From: Podarcis cretensis
Taxonomy: Eukaryota
DNA length: 64,000 nucleotides
Assembly (NCBI GenBank): GCA_951804945.1
Contig: OX638158.1
Location: forward strand, 34,782,001 to 34,846,000
Reading direction: 5' to 3'
A model generated the notes under the pieces. That model saw only the letters and a list, made by a program, of their open reading frames with translations, was not told the DNA's origin and did not search any database. Of the stretch, positions 14,185 through 29,100 are shown one piece after another. The translations under genes and the position numbers were made by a program. The stretch's first letter is position 1. Each line of letters begins with the position of its first letter.

Positions 14185-17100
14185 ATATAATAATAATGCA
14201 AGCCTGGGACTTTAATGACACTACTTCACAACATATGGCTTGCAAGTAGTAGTCTTTGTGACAGAGGAGCAATCCTGGAAAAATGGGTCCAACATACTTC
14301 TGTGAGTAAATGTGGCCAATTTGATCATCCTAGCAAGCAGAAGACAACTGGATTTGAATTAACTTTCTACAAACTCACTTTGCTTTCTCTGTTAACAGTG
14401 GTAGATTTTCACTAATCAGTCCATGGCTGAGTAGAAGGATGGTTTCTGCACTCATTGCTGTGTTCATTATCAATCCAGAAACGATGCGGCGTAAAGTTTC
14501 ATGTACCTTCCGAGACATCTTTAGGCTTGTAGTATTCTCTAAAATCTGCAAGTGGACATTAGAAAAGCCACCTTAAAACGGAAACCCTGGTGTTACAGAT
14601 CCTTCTTAGACCATATGCTGTTGATTTCGGAAAGACACCTCATTATGTTTGCAAAGTCTATATACCATGCTAAAATAACACATCTCTTTCTATATCGGTA
14701 GCATGATCCCATAAAAATGTTTCATTGTGTCACAGTCTGTCCTCCCATTATTCTTCCATATTTTAGTAGTTTATCATGCCACTGCCAAATTTCTCTTTTG
14801 GAGAGAGAAAATATATCTTACCTCTTTCAATGGAAGAATGAGCTTAGTCACTTGGTCCTTCCCTATGTACTTGCCAAGGATTTCATAAGAATCATAGCTC
14901 TTGCTTCTGCGAGCCTCCATGACTTTGGAAACTATGCCTTTCACCTCTTTCTCCTCTGCAACTTCCCCAAACAGTTCGTGGTTGAAAATCTTTTCAGAAG
15001 ACACGGAGGAAAGTGTTAACAGTAAGTAGCAGTAGAGCAGCAGTTATAATTTTGCATCCACCTTTTCGGACAGGAATAACGAAAGGTCCAACATGTTCAT
15101 CTTTAGGGGCAAGGGATGAGCTCAGTTCCTACAGCATCTGCTTTGCACCCAGGAGGTCTCAGGTCCAACCCCCAGCATTGACAGATAGGGCTAGGAGAGT
15201 TCCCTGGTTGAAACCTTGGGGAGCTGCTGCAAGTCAGTGCAGACAATATTGACCTGATGGACCCATGTTCTGACTAGGAATAGGAGTGTTCCCTTTAAGA
15301 AACAAAAGATCTGATAAAATGTGCAACTAGTCAAGAAGGAAGAGGACCTAGTATTACAACGGTTTGGTATCACCCAACCAACCACCATCCTCTCTCCATC
15401 CAGGTATTACAGGAACTGGAGCTGTAAGTTCCCGATTGCAGTGACATCTCTGAAATGAGCTCCTTTTACGCTTGGCATTTTCCGCACGCAGCAAACGTCG
15501 CTTTCAAAGAACTTACTTCGGTCATAAGTTCTACGCAGGGATCCAAGTCTCCCACTTGAAGTCGATTGCTGGCGAGGCTCTTCAGCAAGAGGTGGACTGT
15601 GAAAGTCAACACGTGGACCTACATGAGCAAAAGAAATCAAGTAACTCTGTGTTTGTTAATTAAAAGGATAACTAATAAAAGAATGACACACGTACACAAC
15701 TGGAATGATATTAGGAAGATTGCTATAGTGCTTTCAGCCGTCCCCCCCACCCACTACTGTTACCTACTAAATTAATCTTCGATACAATCCAGCATTTCTT
15801 CCAACTGCCTGAGCTTGGACCCAACTTCTCAACTGATTCTGCTTTCTGCTTGCCTGGTGTTGCTGTCAATTAGGCAGGAGAGCCCACTGCAGATCGTGAG
15901 TTCAGGGAGTAGGGCTAAGGAGCTATAATGTCCTCTGTCCTTAAGCGCCTCCTCCTCCTATCCAATAGGAAGGCGGAAGAAAAAGAAAGCCAGCACTATA
16001 CCTGGTAACCATGGACAAGGGTTGACTGCATCTCTTTTAAGACATATTGCAGATACTGTGCCCCCAAAGCCTCCATTATTTTCATCAGGGTGTTGCGTGC
16101 AATATCCCGTATTTCCTGTGCTCTGTTCCTCAGAAGGGAGCAGACTTTCAGGAGGATGCTGGAGCCAACAAAGAAGCAAAACAGAAGAGAACCAAACACA
16201 AGCTTAAATTATCACCCCAACAGGTTTGTACAATATTTATCCTATATATGCATGTATGCATCCTCCCCATATGCGCTATGTCTATATATATCCCTAGGTG
16301 ATTTTCACCATATGGAACTTAATATTCACTAGGAAAGACTGTACATACCTTGGCAAATTCTCTTCCATGACATCTTGGGGAAGAGTCTGCATCAGCTTGA
16401 CCATTGCAAAAGCAAGTGGAACCCGAACAACCTCTTCATCATTCACAACCTTAGATTTCACAAGCTTGTGCTCTTCATCTCTTTTGACCTGCAGGGCACA
16501 AAAACACATCATCTCCAAAGTTAAAGGTAAAGGTAAAGGGACCCCTGACCATTAGGTCCAGTCGTGGCCGACTCTGGAGTTGTGGCGCTCATCTCGCTTT
16601 ATTGGCCGAGGGAGCCGGCGTACAGCCTCTGGGTCATGTGGCCAGCATGACTAAGCCGCTTCTGGCGAACCAGAGCAGTGCACGGAAACGCCATTTACCT
16701 TCCCGCTGGAACGGTACCTATTTATCTACTTGCACCCGGAGGTGCTTTCGAACTGCTTGGTTGGCAGAAGCAGGGACCGAGCAAGGGGAGCTCACCCCGT
16801 CGCGGGGATTCGAAACGCCGACCTTCTGATCGGCAAGTCCTAGGCTCAGTGGTTTAACCCACAGCGCCACCCACGTCCCGGCATCTCCAAAGTTACTCAA
16901 TAGCATTTTCAACTGCCAGGTGTTAAAGACAGTGATCTTACATCTAGGCCCGGAGAGAATACAACACTGGAGCCGACACTCTGTCTAACCTACCTCACAA
17001 GGTTGTTATGAGGAGAAAGTGAGGTTCATTTGGCATACTTAAAGGGGTATTCAGAGTATCTCTTTGGTACCAAGGACCACAACTGGCATAAATGGGAGCT

Positions 17101-20100
17101 TTTCTTTTAATGCAAATAGGAGGTAGAGGGGACAAAATGTTAATGCTGCCCACCCCAGTCCTAATCTGGACTGGTCCCCCACATGGGGACCATTCACACA
17201 ATTCAAGAGCCACTTGCTATTTTACTGAATGACAATTCATCTAGTTTAGCTCCCAGAATCAAGATGTACTAAAGACTATTTAAAAATAAACCCTGAAGAC
17301 TCAGAAATGCACCTTTGCAATAAGACATCTGTGCAATTTGGGCAAGATGTTTCCATGTACTGTTTCCTGAATATGATTTATCAAGCATTTCAACTCTTCC
17401 TTATCCCTAGGCAGGAAGGAAATTGGTTTCAGAGCGATCTGGGGTTTTTGGTCTTCTTCAATAGTGGCTGGAGCAGACAAAGATGAAACAGGCTCTGTTT
17501 GTTCACTGGCATCTTTAGAAAGGTCCTTGGTGGTTTCTTTGTCTTCTTCTCCATCTCCATCACTAAGCTCCACTTCCATTGTTTCATTCTCCACTTCCAG
17601 TTCAGTGTCCATGGCTTCTGCATCTGCTAGGCATAATCAAGAGGGGAAAAGGCTTTGATGCTTGCCAATCAAGTCCTTTATTGGAACAAGACGGACAAAG
17701 TGGGACCTGTAATCTAGAGCGCTCCTGTTTAAGATTTTAGCAAGCCACACCCTTTTTCCAGGATTCCCCACTCCATTCCCACTCTCCCCAACTGTTAACC
17801 AGAATTCTGTGCCTAATGAATATGATTCACACTCAGAGAAGGATTCCTTATTAGCAGGCCTGGCCCTGCTTTATTTATAACTCCACATAGGTTTAGGACT
17901 GCGGCCTTACGTAGATATTCTGAACTAGAAACCCAATAACTAACTTTTTTAAATAGAAAGCAGAGATTCTAAAATGCATAATGAAACAAGAGGCCCTGTG
18001 TTTTGCATTCAAAGAGTAAAGGTCATGCAAGTTTATTTATTATTATATCAGAACTGAAGAACAGCCCGCTGAATCAGGCCAGTGGCCCATCTGGTCCAGC
18101 AGCCTGTTCACACTGTGGCCGACCAGATGCCTATAAGAAGTGTGCAAGCAGGACCTTGAGCACAGCAGCACTCTTTCTTCCCACAGTCTCCAGCAACTGG
18201 CCTTCAGAAGCATTATGGCCTCCAGCGCTGGTGGTAGAACACAGCCGTCCAGGTGAGCAGCGATCAGGGTTACAATGCATTAGATGCTAAAGAAGGTGCA
18301 GTGTTAACAGGTTGTAGCAAAAAGTCACAGCACTTTAAAGCCTACCAACATTTATTGTGAGAAGCATAACCTTACAGGAGCTGGAGCCTACTCTACCTGA
18401 TGCAGGAATCAGAACCTTACCTTCCTTTTGAATCATCTCAAGCTGCTTTTCAAGAGTTTCGTAGTCAAAATGAAAAGCCTCCAGCACCATAACTAGCACA
18501 CTGTCAAAGAGATTAAGGGGCAGGGAGAGAAATAAATGATGCTAAAATCCAAAAAAAAACTCTTCTATTTGTAAAAGGACTGGACTAAAAGAACTGCTCA
18601 AGTGAATGGGGGCACTGGGCTTGAGTTTCTTGAACAGTTGCTCCCTAGGCTGCATGGTAAATCTTTAAAACAGAGGGTAAACTCAAAAAGCAAAGTGCAG
18701 TATAGCACTGGGGGAGGAGTGGAATCTAGCGTTCAAAGAACGCAAGCAAAAATCACTTTGGACAAGAGCATTCCTAAAGTAGTTCTTTGATATCTGGCCA
18801 AAGTGAATTAAAAGCGCTTGGAACATAAAGCTCTCTTTTCACGCAGACAGAGGCTCAATGCTCCCATTAACATAGTCATCAGCTCGGATAAAACAACAGC
18901 TCTACAACAGTCCACAGAGATACTATCCTTGTGTGTCAGTTTCCTTATTAATGTTATCAGTATGTAGTGACTGGCATTGCAAACCCCTGCAAGGTTGCTC
19001 AGAAGCAAGTCCCACTATGCTGTTTGGTAAGTGCACACAAGATTACAGGATAAACCTTAAAACCAACATTTACAGTACCTGACGCCCAGTTTTTGATTGA
19101 TCTGTCCAGTCTGCAAGACGTGTATGAAATGTTTCAAGTGATAGAGGTACGCTGACCAAGAAAGATGTCTGCAAACAGCTCCTACCATTTCAACCGAAGC
19201 AGTTACCATATTTTCATACTGAGGAATAGAAAACAATCCTTAGGGTCTTCCCAATTTCAAGCAGCACAAAAGCTTTGCCTAGACTAACGAAACCCATGCA
19301 GGCTAGAAGAAGCTTCCTTCCACATCCCCAACACTCCCTTAAAATCATGGCTAAAGTGGCATTGTTGAACCAAGAAGAAAACCTATCCCAACATTTTCAC
19401 ATCAAAATACCCAAAAGAAGCAACATGCTTGGCAATATTCAGAGACTTATCTGAAGCTTTCCCCCTCATTATTAAATTCAGAAGTTGTGAGGTGTGTGGT
19501 GTAGTGTAGTGGTTAGAGCAGTGATAGCCATTGTGGTGTCCTTCAAATGTTGAGACTTCAACTCCCATCAGCCCTAGCCAGCATGACCAATGGTCAGGTT
19601 GATGGAAGTTGTAGTACAGCAACATCTTGAGGTACCAATTATCTGTCCCTGGTAGCGTTTGACCAAAAGTAGAGAGCTTTTGGTTCGGGTCCTCACTCAG
19701 CCATAAAGCTCACCAGGTGCCCTTGAGGAAGTCACATTCTTTTCAGCCTAAGCTACTTCACAGGGTTGCTGTATGAATGCAATTCTTCCAAATCAGGAGA
19801 AGGGGTACAGAGAAATATGTAGGCCTCCCTCACTGAACTATTTGGAGGAACTGCAGGATATGTATAAATAAATAAATAAATAAATAAATACATGTGCATG
19901 TATAAATAACTAAATTATGAAGATATCAGACAAAGAAGAATTCTGCAAAGTTTAGTTCCCAGAAATTGATATGCACTGTTCCTTCTTTAAAAGAGCAGCT
20001 CGAAATAAGAGCCTTAACAAACATTTCAAATAAGTACTGTGCAGGGGAGGTACTTCATTTTTTAAAAATCTCAACCCAAATCCCAACACTCTTTACTTTC

Positions 20101-23100
20101 TCCTCATGAAAAGGGAAATCACCCTGTTGCACTTACAGAAATATGCCACTAAGGGCTATGAAATAAAAGTAGTTCCCACCATTGTATGCTAAAAGTTTAC
20201 CTTAAGCATTTTCTCATCAAAGATAGTAGTAGTTGCGTAAGGCATAATGTAATTCTGAAGAGATTTGGAACAGAGTGTGATTTTGCCTTCAGCTAGTTGC
20301 TTAGCCAATTTCTTCAAGGCGCGTGCCCTTCTGTGGATCTAAGAGAGATACAAAAGTTTTCACTGAGTGAGGGCCCATATTTAATTCAGTAGACCTAGGA
20401 GGTTTGGGTGTCATAATCTATCAAAAGTTTCACCAGCTCTTAACAGCCAGGAGGGGGAGAAAAGACACCTTTTTGGGTGAGCATCTTACTACAACACACT
20501 TCTGTCTATTTCTCAAACTGAGACACTGAATAAGAGAAAACACATTCTGATTAAATGCATACAATTCTAGCTGCTGCCTTTTAAATGTGACATTAACAGC
20601 AAAGCTTAGCATGTGCTACAATAGTGTAAATGACATTATAGCCGTTAAATCAAAACACACATGCAGAGAGCTATTGTTCTCACGACGATGAATGATTTGC
20701 GAATGAAAAACAAGGCAGCACTTGCAAAGATTTACATTCACAGAAGAAGATGAAGTATCTACCATCTTTTCACTATCATACAACTATTGCCCAGTGGCAA
20801 GAACAGGATTGCATTATACCTGAATATGCTTCATATTTTCAAAGAAGTCCATCTCTGGATCATGAACGTCCGTCAGCTGGACCAAGTCCTGAAACTCTGG
20901 GTGGTTTGAAAATGCTCGAATCAAGCTGGAGAGCAATGATGTGTAATCCTGCTGAATGCTCTGAAAGCAGCAAGTAACAAAATACCAAGGAAAATGTGAA
21001 AATGTGTGGCTTGATGTTTTTTTAATGCAGCCATTTGATTATTTCTTTTTTAGAAACACACTGAGCAAGGACAACCATGCAAGAACACACACAAAAACCA
21101 GAATTATGCTTTTGAAACTTTCTCCCTTTGGGACCAAACTAACATCCACACATATTAAACATTCCTAAATAGATTTTTGTTTAGATCAGGGGCTCTACAT
21201 ATTTACATTGGTACCTGAACTACTCCTGCTGTTATTTGAATGAACATGTCAGGGAAGTGTGGTGGTAGCACATGGCAAGACATCTCACGTGGCCCCACAT
21301 CCTCTCCACACCATTGTATCAACCCTTCCCCTAGAATTTAGCTTATTTGCCATATTTTGGACTTGTCAACATGTTGGGCTGGAGTAAACACACTGAGCAA
21401 GGAAGGCAGGTAAGGTAATAGGAACAATACAGAAGCATTTTGTTTATGCTTTTTAAAATACAGTGGTACCTCAGGTTAAGTACTTAATTCGTTCCGGAGG
21501 TCTGTTCTTAACCTGAAACTGTTCTTAACCTGAAGCATCACTTTAGCTAATGGGGCCTCCTGCTGTTGCCGCACCGCCACTGCACGATTTCTGTTCTCAT
21601 CCTGAAGCAAAGTTCTTAACCTGAAGCACTATTTCTGGGTTAGCGGAGTCTGTAACCTGAAGCGTATGTAACCTGAGGTACCACTGTATTTGCATCTTAT
21701 CATTAGCCACATTGGGTGCTTTGTTCAATGAGAAGCCTGCCCATGGCCCTGTCTCATTTCAAAATACTAGAATAGGGCATCACTTGTACAATTCTCTTTC
21801 ACAGTAACGTTTCCTCCTGAAATATAACAGCAGTCAGACAACAGTCGGCTTGATGATTATCGGCTTGTGGTGATGCGGAGGTGGGCTTTTTCACCAATGG
21901 AACGCAATCTCTGCTGAAATATGAGAGGCATCCCAACATGTGTTGAAGATGCACCTGTCCACACAGGCATTCCCTTGATCTCTTGATCTCCAGAGTTTCT
22001 TGTTTTAATTGCTGCGTCTTAATGGGGTTGTTTCATGGGAAATGGAAGTATGGAATATTTCAATCGTGTTATATAACTGGGTTTTATATTCTATAAATCA
22101 CCAAGAAGCCTATTTTGGCATTAAACAGTATATAATTAAAAATAATAACCAGCTTTTTACCTCAGTCTTGTTCTTCAGCCCTTTTCTCAAAGCTTCTAGA
22201 AGAGTGTGCTGAATGATTTCCTTGTATTCATCTTCTGCATGACTGATTTCAGCAAACAGATTGATAATAGCATTCAGACAGAGGATGGCACTGTCACTTA
22301 GAGACATCTCTCCTAACTAAAGAAAGAAAAAGATTATGGCAGCTGAGATTACAAGAGATGATCCTGAAACCGTAGATTAAAAAAGACTCAGAAATGCGCG
22401 TGAATATAATCATCGATAAAACATAAACCAGCTCCCCTATAACAGCTCAGAGCAGTTGTAATGGGAGCAATAGACCTGGAAGCTTTAAATATCTGCAAGC
22501 CATATGTAGAAAGTACCATAAAATTGTTACGAAGTTCACTATGAATCAATCACATAGTCATTTTAGAGCCGGCAATGATAACCCATATGCTTACTATCTT
22601 TTAAAACACACCCAAAGTCCACACAAACAGGGATTTCCTAAGCCGTCCCCTAATACTGTCAAAAATGTATTTTCCTAAGCCCCTGGGGACCCTCAGAAAA
22701 AGCCAATTTGTGGCACTGAGGGGAGATACTAGGAAGGTGGGGAGAATCAATGAGCATCAGGCAGAGGCAATGGAACAAGCAGAGATTCTGAAAGCTGCCA
22801 CCATCTTAGACGTAGGATTATTTTTGGTTCTTCCTTAACTCTCTTAGCTCTCTTGAGATACATGCTGCTGCAGGTATTTCCTCATATAGCATCCAAAAGG
22901 TAATTATAATGCTCACCTAAAATAGCTTATGGCTGTTTTGCAAACATGCATAACTTCCGCGGAGGTGCCTTTTGGGTTCAAAAGGAATATTCTAAATGTT
23001 TTTTACTAAATAATAAAGCAGGAATTTCTAATCTCATTGATGGTGTAAGGGGAAAGATATGCAGATAAGTGTATTTTTCAGTTCCCCAAATGATCAAAAT

Positions 23101-26100
23101 ATTTTTTAAAAAAATAGAGAATACATTTCCAGGAGCTCTACCATAAAGGACAGATCTTTTCCACGTGGGCATAGGCTCACCTGTATTGTATAGAAACAGT
23201 TATGCATTACTGGAATAAGGTAGTCGACATCCACTGTTTTCATCGCCTTGATATGAGAAGTGATGTCTTGAAATGCTGACAAGCGGATATCGAAATTGAT
23301 ATCATCAAGATGACGTGGATCAAAAGCATTCAGCTACAAAGGGCAAGAGGTTTAATAAAGATATAAAAATCAAAATGATGACAGAAAATTTCATAGAAGT
23401 AAATCAGGTGAAACATTACATACCTTAACTGTATTGGTAATGTATTTTAGATTGCTGTCCAAATCTGATAAAGTCTATAAAAAATGGAAAAATAATAAAA
23501 AGGTAAACTTAACAAACCTAGAATTATTTCACACATGTATCATCTACTGTCACATTAATAGCGCTTTTCTCTGAACATTCTCCAGTTCTACATTTTACTT
23601 TTAAAAAAATAGGACAACCAGAAGTGGCCACAGTATTCAAAATTCAGATGCTCCATTCTTTCATTCCAGCATACCACACTTTGTACTTATTTGACCAGAA
23701 ACTAACCAGGTCTTCCATTATCTACTCATAATATTTTGAGTTTTAGAACTCATCACCATCCACTACATTTCCCACAGTTCCTGGAGGCTGAGGAGGCCAT
23801 TTTGAAAGTCCATTGTCCAACCACTAAGAAAAAAGGAAGCAGTCAGGGGAAAGGGATTAGATAGCCTCTCAAGGGACTGCAGAGGGATTTGGGACTGGGA
23901 AGACTAATGGTCCCAATGACATCCCCAAGAGCATGGCAGGGTCACAGCTTGAAATGGCTGCTCAGAGAAATCATTATGGATCAAGTTCACATCACAACCA
24001 AAATAGTGTTGAGCAATCACTAACAAAAATGCTATAAATGTGCTACTACTGTATTCAGTACCTCAAAAACCATGCAGAGCGTCTGACGAGACAATTTGTT
24101 CTGAACAACAGAAAACAATTTTGCCAGTGGTTTGAGGAAACTTGCTGGTTTCAAACAATGCTTCAGTAGATTTTGTACTGTTTCCAGGATGTCAATCTCA
24201 GTATCCTGGAAAAAAACCAGATAAATCATGACACAATTCCTCACTTACACTGAAAAATAACATAATGCAATCCAGTTCAGAGTTGTCAAGAGAGATTTAG
24301 TTAAAAGTATATTAATCAAGAAACAACTTACCTATTTCCACTGTGCAAAATACTAGAAAAAAGAACCCTGCTCTGTAAATAGACTAATCTATAGCATAGC
24401 ACAATTATCAGTAAGCCTGAACAAGACACACCAAGCCTTGTCCTTGCATGCTCCCCCTCCCCTCTCTTCCTGCCCCATAAGCAAGAGGAGCAGTTCAGAA
24501 GCTCATTTTGCTGCTTTTGCTTAATCAATGCATGTACCATGACCATGACTGCAACTTGGCTTGTTTCAATCAAACTGTTAACTACAGTTTGTTGGTTTAG
24601 ATGAACCCCCCCCCCACACACACACACAAATAACGATTAAGCAAAAGTGAAGCTTTTAAACTCCTCCTAGCTACACAGAAGGAAAGGGAACTGTGCAAGC
24701 CCAAGGCTCACCCTGGTTTGTTCATTTTATACTCAACTATCTTTTACAACGGCGATGGCTAGCCTGTAGCCCTCCAGATGTTGCTATACTACAATTCCCA
24801 TCATCCCTGACCACTGGTCATGCTTGCTGGGGCTGATGGGAGTTGGAGACCAACGACATCAGGAGTCCCACAGCTTCCTCATCCCAGGATTAGCCTGGCA
24901 TCCTAACATGGGAAGAAGTGGTTTGCACCGAGAACATAGGTTAACTGAAATCTGAACCACTCCATTATAGTTGCTTATATATATATATATGGGAGGGAAT
25001 CCCAAAGGCACAACAGAGCACATTGAATAACAGTGACCCAAACAAGTTAGCAGCAGATCATGATGACCTGCAAAATAGTTTAGAAGTTCACCAGAAAACA
25101 GCCAAACTTGAAAGAAAATGTGACTTTCCACAGGCATAAATAACAAAGCCTACCTGCACCATGTTACTCTGGTGGAGGAAAGGGAGAAGAAGACCAATCA
25201 GGATGGAGCTCTGACTCTTGTCCTTTATAAACTTGCTAATTCTATATTCAACAGAAGCAAGAGGTTAGCCTTGCACCGATATAACCACAACATCACGATT
25301 CAATTGCCTATAATGTAATCATCTGTTAATGTAAACTGCTGCTGATGTTCTGCTTTACAAAAGGGCACATGAATGCATTAATAAAATTCTGGTCCACACG
25401 TGACTTCACACAAATGAATTTGGACAACTGCAAGTCGAACAACAGGTATATACTGTATACCTGTCAGTGTATAGGTAAACTACACATATATGTATTAAGA
25501 GTTTGTGATCCCCAGCACAGAATGGATCAGAAGATTCCTGTCCAAGGTGCTGCCAATCAAAGTGGACAATACTGGGCTAGACATCCAGTCAGAACAGTCT
25601 GATCCCTTCTAAGGCATATGCTATGGTGACATGCAGGGAGGAAGCTGCATATGAGTTATATGGAGCCAAGAAACTTAGATTCAGAGCCTCCCATGCCTGA
25701 AATGCATACAATAGCTTCCAGAGTGAACTCCCAACAAAAAGCCCTGCCCCTGCCTCACCCTGAAGCTCAAGCTTCCCGACAGCCTCTTGCAGGTGGTTCT
25801 CTTGAAAACATTTTTTGCTCACAAGTCTATTCAGCTGTTTAATTTCCTATTTTAAAAGAAACCTGTCATTTTTAACGATTATTTTTATACTGCTTTATGG
25901 TATTTTACTTTGTGCACCTCCTTGTGGTTTTGTGAGTGGCGAGTACATTCGTACCTCCGCTTACATATCCCTCTGGATACGTAAACTTTGGGGTGCGAAT
26001 GCGGCAAAACTGGAAGTATTTTTCCAGGTTTCGCCATGCATGCATGTACAGAAGTGCTTGACGCACCACGCGCATGCACAGAAGCACTAAACCACACCGC

Positions 26101-29100
26101 ACACATGCGCAGAAGCGGTCCTGTGGTTGCAAATTCCTCGGGATGCGGCCGCACCTCTGGAACAGATCCCGTTCGCAACCGGAGGTACCACTGTATATAA
26201 ATTTACTCCTCTCCCTCTCTCTATATATATACATATATAGTAAATATTTAAGGGACCCTATATAAATCAGTACTCTTAGCAATACCAAGGAACTATTTAC
26301 TTTGAAAGGATGTTTAGTTCTTTGCTGACTTGTGCTCTGTACTTCTTCTTCTTCATCTTGTCCACACTGAACATAGTTTTGCTGAGATACTGAAGGATTG
26401 CAGGCACATGGGGGAGAATCAGCTTCACACCCGTGGTGGGAGCATCTGCAAGGGAGACAGTGAATTTATTTACCATTCAGAGACATTAAGTCTCTGCAGA
26501 AAAACTAAAGAATATCATCCAATTCCTCACAAATAGTATAACAATTGTTCTGGGGTTATTTCAATTTATATCCTTTTCTGCATATACTACCCAAAGAAGG
26601 TAACAGAAATAATAATAAAAATGCAATGAGTTGAATCCAGAGATTCTAGTGCACTAAAGTGGGCTGGTGGAAGTCCTCTTTCCTCCCTGCCCTTCCCCCC
26701 AGCAGCCCACCCAGGAGCTTCTCCCAAGGATAGAGGGATCCTGCTGATGGGATGTGGCACCAAGTGGTGTGTTTGTGTGTCCCTGAGTGGAAGCAATTTC
26801 CACAAGCTTGCACATGATGATGGAACGACATCAAAGAGACGGGCAAGCTGGCCATATCTTCATATTATATTTTATATGAAAAGGCCTCCTGACTTGGCTA
26901 ACCTGATGAAATAGGAGTTTATATCAGCCAACAATAACCTATATGCCATAATAAAATGTCTGACAACTAAAAATGCAGCTTGTTAACAGATATTACTATA
27001 CGGCTCCCAGAAATACTATCATTATGGCTAAACGTGGGAAAATATTGGTTTGGAAACTAGCACATTTCCTGGGAAACCGCTGAATGTAGTAGAAGTTGCT
27101 ACTAAAGGGATTAATTAGGAGACAAGGGAACTTGCTATCCAGTTACAGTGGTGCCCCGCAAGACGAACGCCTCGCAAGACGGAAAACCCACTAGACGAAA
27201 GGGTTTTCCGTTTTGGAGGCGCTTCGCAAAATGAATTTCCCTATGGGCTTGCTTCGCAAGACGAAAATGTCTTGCGAGTTCCTGCGGGGTTTTTTCCCTC
27301 CCCCCCCCTTTTCCTAAGCCCTAAGCCGCTTATCAGCTGATCCACTGATAAGCCGCTTATCAGCTGATCCGCTAAAAGCCGCTAAACCGCTAATAGCGCT
27401 AATCCGCTAAGCTGTCAATGGGCTTGCTTCGCAAGACGAAAAAACCGCTATACGAAGAGCCTCACGGAACGGATTAATTTCGTCTTGCGAGGCACCACTG
27501 TACTGAACGATGCTTTAATTTAAATTATTTAGCCAACATGAAATGTATATGTTTGCTGCTCAAAAACACACTAGTCAATAATATTTGCTGGTCATTGCTC
27601 TTGAAGTGGATCTGTTATCTCAAGCAAGCTGAAAACTGACAGAGATCCTTCAAGCCAGGATATAAACAGGTGTCTGGGGAAAAAAACCAAACAAACACCT
27701 GTGCACTGTCCTTTACCACAATGTAACACTTTTAATAAAGGCCCATCTTTTATCTCAAGTTCTAGGAGTTTCTGTTGGTTCTGTTTCTCTGGGACAATAT
27801 ACCCTTTCCATCAGAACTCCTGTTCATTGGAAACCCAGCTCTGTGGCTGCAACACCTCAGCTGTAAAGCTCCCTTCCCTTATGTGGTTGCCTGATGGTTT
27901 TTGTATGTGAATACAGTTTTCATGTCCCCATGCTTTTCTATGGTTTTAGTGCTGTTTTCAGCTGTCCCTATGCCCTGCTCTTTTACTACTCTTTTATTAT
28001 TCTATCTGAGTGCTTTAAGTGATGTTAAGTTACTTTGGTGATTTTATTACTGAAAGGTGGGATAGAAATGCTTTAAGAAAGAAACAGAGGAAAGGAACCT
28101 TTTGGGTGTGAGCTACAGAATTGCTCCACTCCTTTTCTGACAGACAGGCCTATGAACGGAATACTGCGCTGGAAGTCACAAAAACCAGCATTTAGTCTAG
28201 ACTGACCTGTACAATGGCCATTGGGTGCCATTGCACCTTCTGCTCTAAGGATGAAGTGAAAGCTAAATCTGGAGATCAAATTACTAGTATAAGAGGGCTC
28301 TTCAACTGTTGACTGTTATAGGCCAAAACTACAAACTGAAATCAATTACAAGTGATACCTAGTTTTGAGGGTAGGGCAGAAAACATACCCAGTGAGAATC
28401 TGTGTGAAACAATACTGGGAACATTGGGAGGAAAAACACGAGACAAACCATGAGAGAAGTTGGTAATGCAGCTCTCAATGAAAGTCACTCTGCCCCACCA
28501 ACAACCCATTTATTTATTATGAGTTTTTACAAATGAATTTCCATCTCACCCTTTAATACATGTACTTCTAAGGGAGGCAATAAAAACCAGTAAAAATGAA
28601 ACTATAAGAAGTCTACAGAACATAACTACAATGTGCCGTCTAGTAGGTGCTGAGAATATTTTCTTTCACAAATTAGTTTCTATTTCTAGCACACAAGCAA
28701 AATGGAACAAGCAGTTTCGAAAATATTCACTTGCAATAGATTCGGGCGCCTAACCACCCGTACCTTCTGTCGTTTCATCAACTTCTTGGAAGACACAGTC
28801 TGTCACTGTCAAGCTGCAAATATCGTCATCGGGCTCCAAGTCAGGAGTGTTTAGAAGACTGTCAGCCACGTCCATCACAACACCAGCCGTTGCCTCACAC
28901 AAGCTTTTGGCCGAAAGCAGAGCAAACACATTGGATAACACATCATATTCTGGATGTCCTGGCATTTGCTTGGCCAGCAAAGGGAAATACCTGAGGGAAA
29001 GGCAACAAACAGGCAGGAAAATACTGATGTAGCAATATCTAACTCTAGCAAAATGACTAGTTACAACATTAGAATGAAGCTCCCAACAGGTAAGGCCTAA

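Noticed and set aside
21845-21920. C/D snoRNA-like TGATGA...CTGA segment
   Set aside because: Antisense to the host intron, imperfect C box, no terminal stem or recognisable rRNA guide; an Rfam/snoscan search would settle it
23640-23760. Sense-strand GTGATGA...CTGA C/D candidate
   Set aside because: No terminal stem, no C'/D' boxes and no rRNA complementarity that I can recognise
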